Below are positions 61,470 to 64,000 of a stretch of 64,000 bases of DNA, in pieces. This stretch comes from Felis catus. Taxonomy: Eukaryota. The stretch covers positions 79,050,001 through 79,114,000 of the forward strand of contig NC_058371.1 of the NCBI RefSeq assembly GCF_018350175.1. Reading direction: 5' to 3'. A program made the translations under genes and the position numbers. The notes beneath the pieces are model-generated. The model was given only the letters and a program-made list of their open reading frames with translations. It searched no databases and was not told the origin of the DNA. Position 1 is the first letter of the stretch, and each line of letters starts with the position of its first letter.

Positions 61470-61661
61470 TTTTTTAATGGTTATTTTGAGAGAGAAAGAT
61501 CACAGGGTGGGACAGAGAGAGGGGGAGAAAAAGATCCCAAGCAGGCTTCTGGCTGTCAGCACAGAGCCTGACATGGGGCTTGAACTCAGGAACCATGAGA
61601 TCATGACCAGAGCTGAAATCAAGAGTCAGACAATTAACCAACTGAGCCACTCAGGCGCTCC
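61470..61661 (-). mobile_element. Can-SINE, antisense
   Basis: Perfect TSD tgattctctattt at 61457-61469 and 61662-61674. Confidence 0.93.
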
Positions 61662-62899
61662 TGATTCTCTATTTGTACAGTGCTGGCAATAGCACACCTG
61701 GGTGTGTGCACGTGTATGTGTGTAAGAGAGTTCAAATTCAAAGCCACAGTTCTATTTCACTGAGCAAAACTTAATTATTTAATATAATTGTTAGCAGTGT
61801 TACACTGCCTTCTCCTTTGACAAGACCATGACTAAGAAAGTTTCTAAATAAAGGAAGAATTGTTTATTCCAGAGTCAGAGAAGGGAGCAAAGCCTTGTGC
61901 ACCAGTGGAGGGAGGATACAAATTATGCAAAGACCCTCCCCTTTTGAAAAAGAAGTCTTCATAAGTAAAGGTTTCAAATTAAATGAATACTTGACATGGC
62001 AAATCTTACTCTTTGTCTAGCTGGTGAAACCAGTGGAACAGTTATTAATGGTTTACAGCATCTGTTTCTGCACTTCTATATAGTATGTAAGGACTGTCAT
62101 TTGCCTTTACAAATTTTTAATTTAAATTTAATTTAAAGAGTATAGCATGATTCAGAATGCTTTGTCCTGGGTGAGTTGTGCCAGTGAGTGCTTATTTTAA
62201 ATGTTCATTTAGAACATGTTTTATGTTCGTAGAGTTGAAAAAAAATCCAACGGATGTAAGAAAAAATAAGAATGGGGGGAAATGGAAAAAGATAGGTCAG
62301 AATATTCTAGTATTTCAATGTTGTGGATAAATAGGAATTTGACTCTGGGTGTGGTATAGAAAGGTCTGGGCGGTTCAAGGATTGGCCATGAAGCCCAGAT
62401 AGAAGATATAACTCCCCACAGATATGAAGGATGTCTTTACCTGTTCCTTTTTTGTTCACACATGAATTAAGGGCAGCGTCAGTGGTCATGACTGTGACTC
62501 TCCAAGCTCTCCTAGGGTTTCTGATCAGTTCATATTGTGAGAGGCAAAAGAATAGCTGAATTACTGTCTTCCTAAACCTGTTGGAAAGAGGATTTCAATA
62601 ACCAGGACACTGCATAAGAAAAGATATCTTTCAGTGTCTCGTTGTTTTAGACCCTGTGGAATGAGACATCCCTATGTCAGTTACACTTCCTGTTTATCAT
62701 CTCCACAGAGGTATGCAAAGGAAGTGCTGCTTAGGGGCTCTGCTTCAGGGACCCGAGGTCCCAGTAGAATAGGCACATGTACAGCGGCCTCCACCAGGCC
62801 AGGTACCGTACTGGTACGGAGGATACAACAGCAGCAAAGGAGACTTGGTCCTTGACCTCAGAGTGCAGTATGATGGGGAGTATAACAATCAAACTGGGG

Positions 62900-64000
62900 A
62901 TTAAAATCCAGCATGACAGGTGCTCATTATGGGCTGTAAGGCCCATAGTTGGAGTATCTGGAAGAGGAAGAGGCACAGTGGAGAAGGCCCAAGACATGAG
63001 GTGAGGGAAGTGATTGCTGAGCTGAGCCCCAAAGGCAAAGTAGGAGTTTGCCAGACAGATGGAAGGAAGCTGCTCGTAGCCAAAGGAGTTAATATCCCAA
63101 GAGAGAGACAGCATGGTGATTTTGAGACATGGAGAATTTCATTGTATCCAAGAGCATCGGGGAAGAACTGAGAGAAATGAGGATGGAGACAATGAAAGAA
63201 ACTGTGAAATCACCTCAAGGGAGCTATTGAGGGATTTTGAACACATCTGTGGAGAATCTAGACCTGCCCCTTTGCAGTGCAATGACCATTAGTCACGTGC
63301 GACTGTTTACATGGAAGTTAATTAAAATTAAGTAAAATTTTAAGCTGAGTTCCTCAGTTGCACCAGCGACATTTCAGATGCTCAGTGGCCACATGTAGTT
63401 AGTTGCCACCATTTGGGGCAATGTAGGAAGTCTGACAACTATCCATTATTGGACAGTGCTGATCTAGAGAATCTATTAGTGGAGGGCAAGAGAAACAAAG
63501 GGCCAGTTGGGGTGCTGGTGCAGTGATCCGGGGAAGAGATGGGGGACTGAGAGCTAGGGAAAAGGGACTGAGGAGATATTCATGTGGTGGAGTGGACACG
63601 GAGATTGAGAAAAGAAGATGCCCCTTGGGAATTGGACATAGGTGGCTGGATGGGGTGGAACCAGAACTGACCAGGGGCCTGAGCAGGAGGAGCTTTGGGA
63701 GGGGATATGATAAGCAGGTTTTGGGTGTACTGATTTGAGGTGCCCTTATTAGCATATCCAGGGAGAAATGTCAGGTAGACTTTGGGCTCCATACAGAAGA
63801 AGATGAGGCATGACAGTGCTGATACAGACTGGGGAGGTGGCAGCACGTGGCAGTCATGAAGCCTGAGGACAGATGGCACTGCCCAAGCATTGGTGTGGAG
63901 AACACAGGGCCTGGCACCAAACCCAGAGGGAGAAACGGCCAGTGGATCGCAAGAAGGAAGTTTACTGAGAGGCTACAAAGGAGCTGCTGCTGAGCTAAAA
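62900..64000 (-). mobile_element. L2 fragment split by MER3
   Basis: gctgagctgagccccaaaggcaaagtaggagtttgccag...cagtgatccggggaagagatg...gttttgggtgtactgatttgaggtgcc. Confidence 0.7.
63264..63461 (-). mobile_element. MER3 (hAT-Charlie) inside L2
   Basis: ttaattaaaattaagtaaaatttt...gttcctcagttgcaccagcgacatttca...ggccacatgtagttagttgccacc...attggacagtgctg; TSD atctagac / atctagag. Confidence 0.85.

Overview
Mammalian nuclear DNA, almost certainly from a cat-family (felid) genome, judged by about 25 tRNA-derived Can-SINEs that include the young SINEC_Fc type. The whole window lies inside the 3' half of NR3C2 (mineralocorticoid receptor), transcribed on the + strand. Four coding exons are present (human numbering). 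Exon 5 (20941-21288, hinge and LBD helices 1-3) and exon 7 (48858-48988) are intact. Exons 6 and 8 show only their 3' ends (23135-23172, 54719-54765), because two of six short N-gaps cover their acceptors. Exons 4 and 9 lie outside the window. The rest is intron filled with Can-SINEs (many with visible target-site duplications), L1, L2, MIR, MLT1 LTRs and MER DNA transposons, several of them nested. I see no second gene, RNA gene, CRISPR array or self-contained novel system, and the other listed ORFs are repeat-derived or chance. The best leads concern isoform potential of the receptor: a competing donor 10 nt inside exon 5, open read-through frames after exons 5, 7 and 8 (GR-P-like and GR-beta-like), and inverted SINEs bracketing exons 5-6. 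Repeat family names come from recalled consensus sequences, and repeat boundaries without a TSD are approximate.
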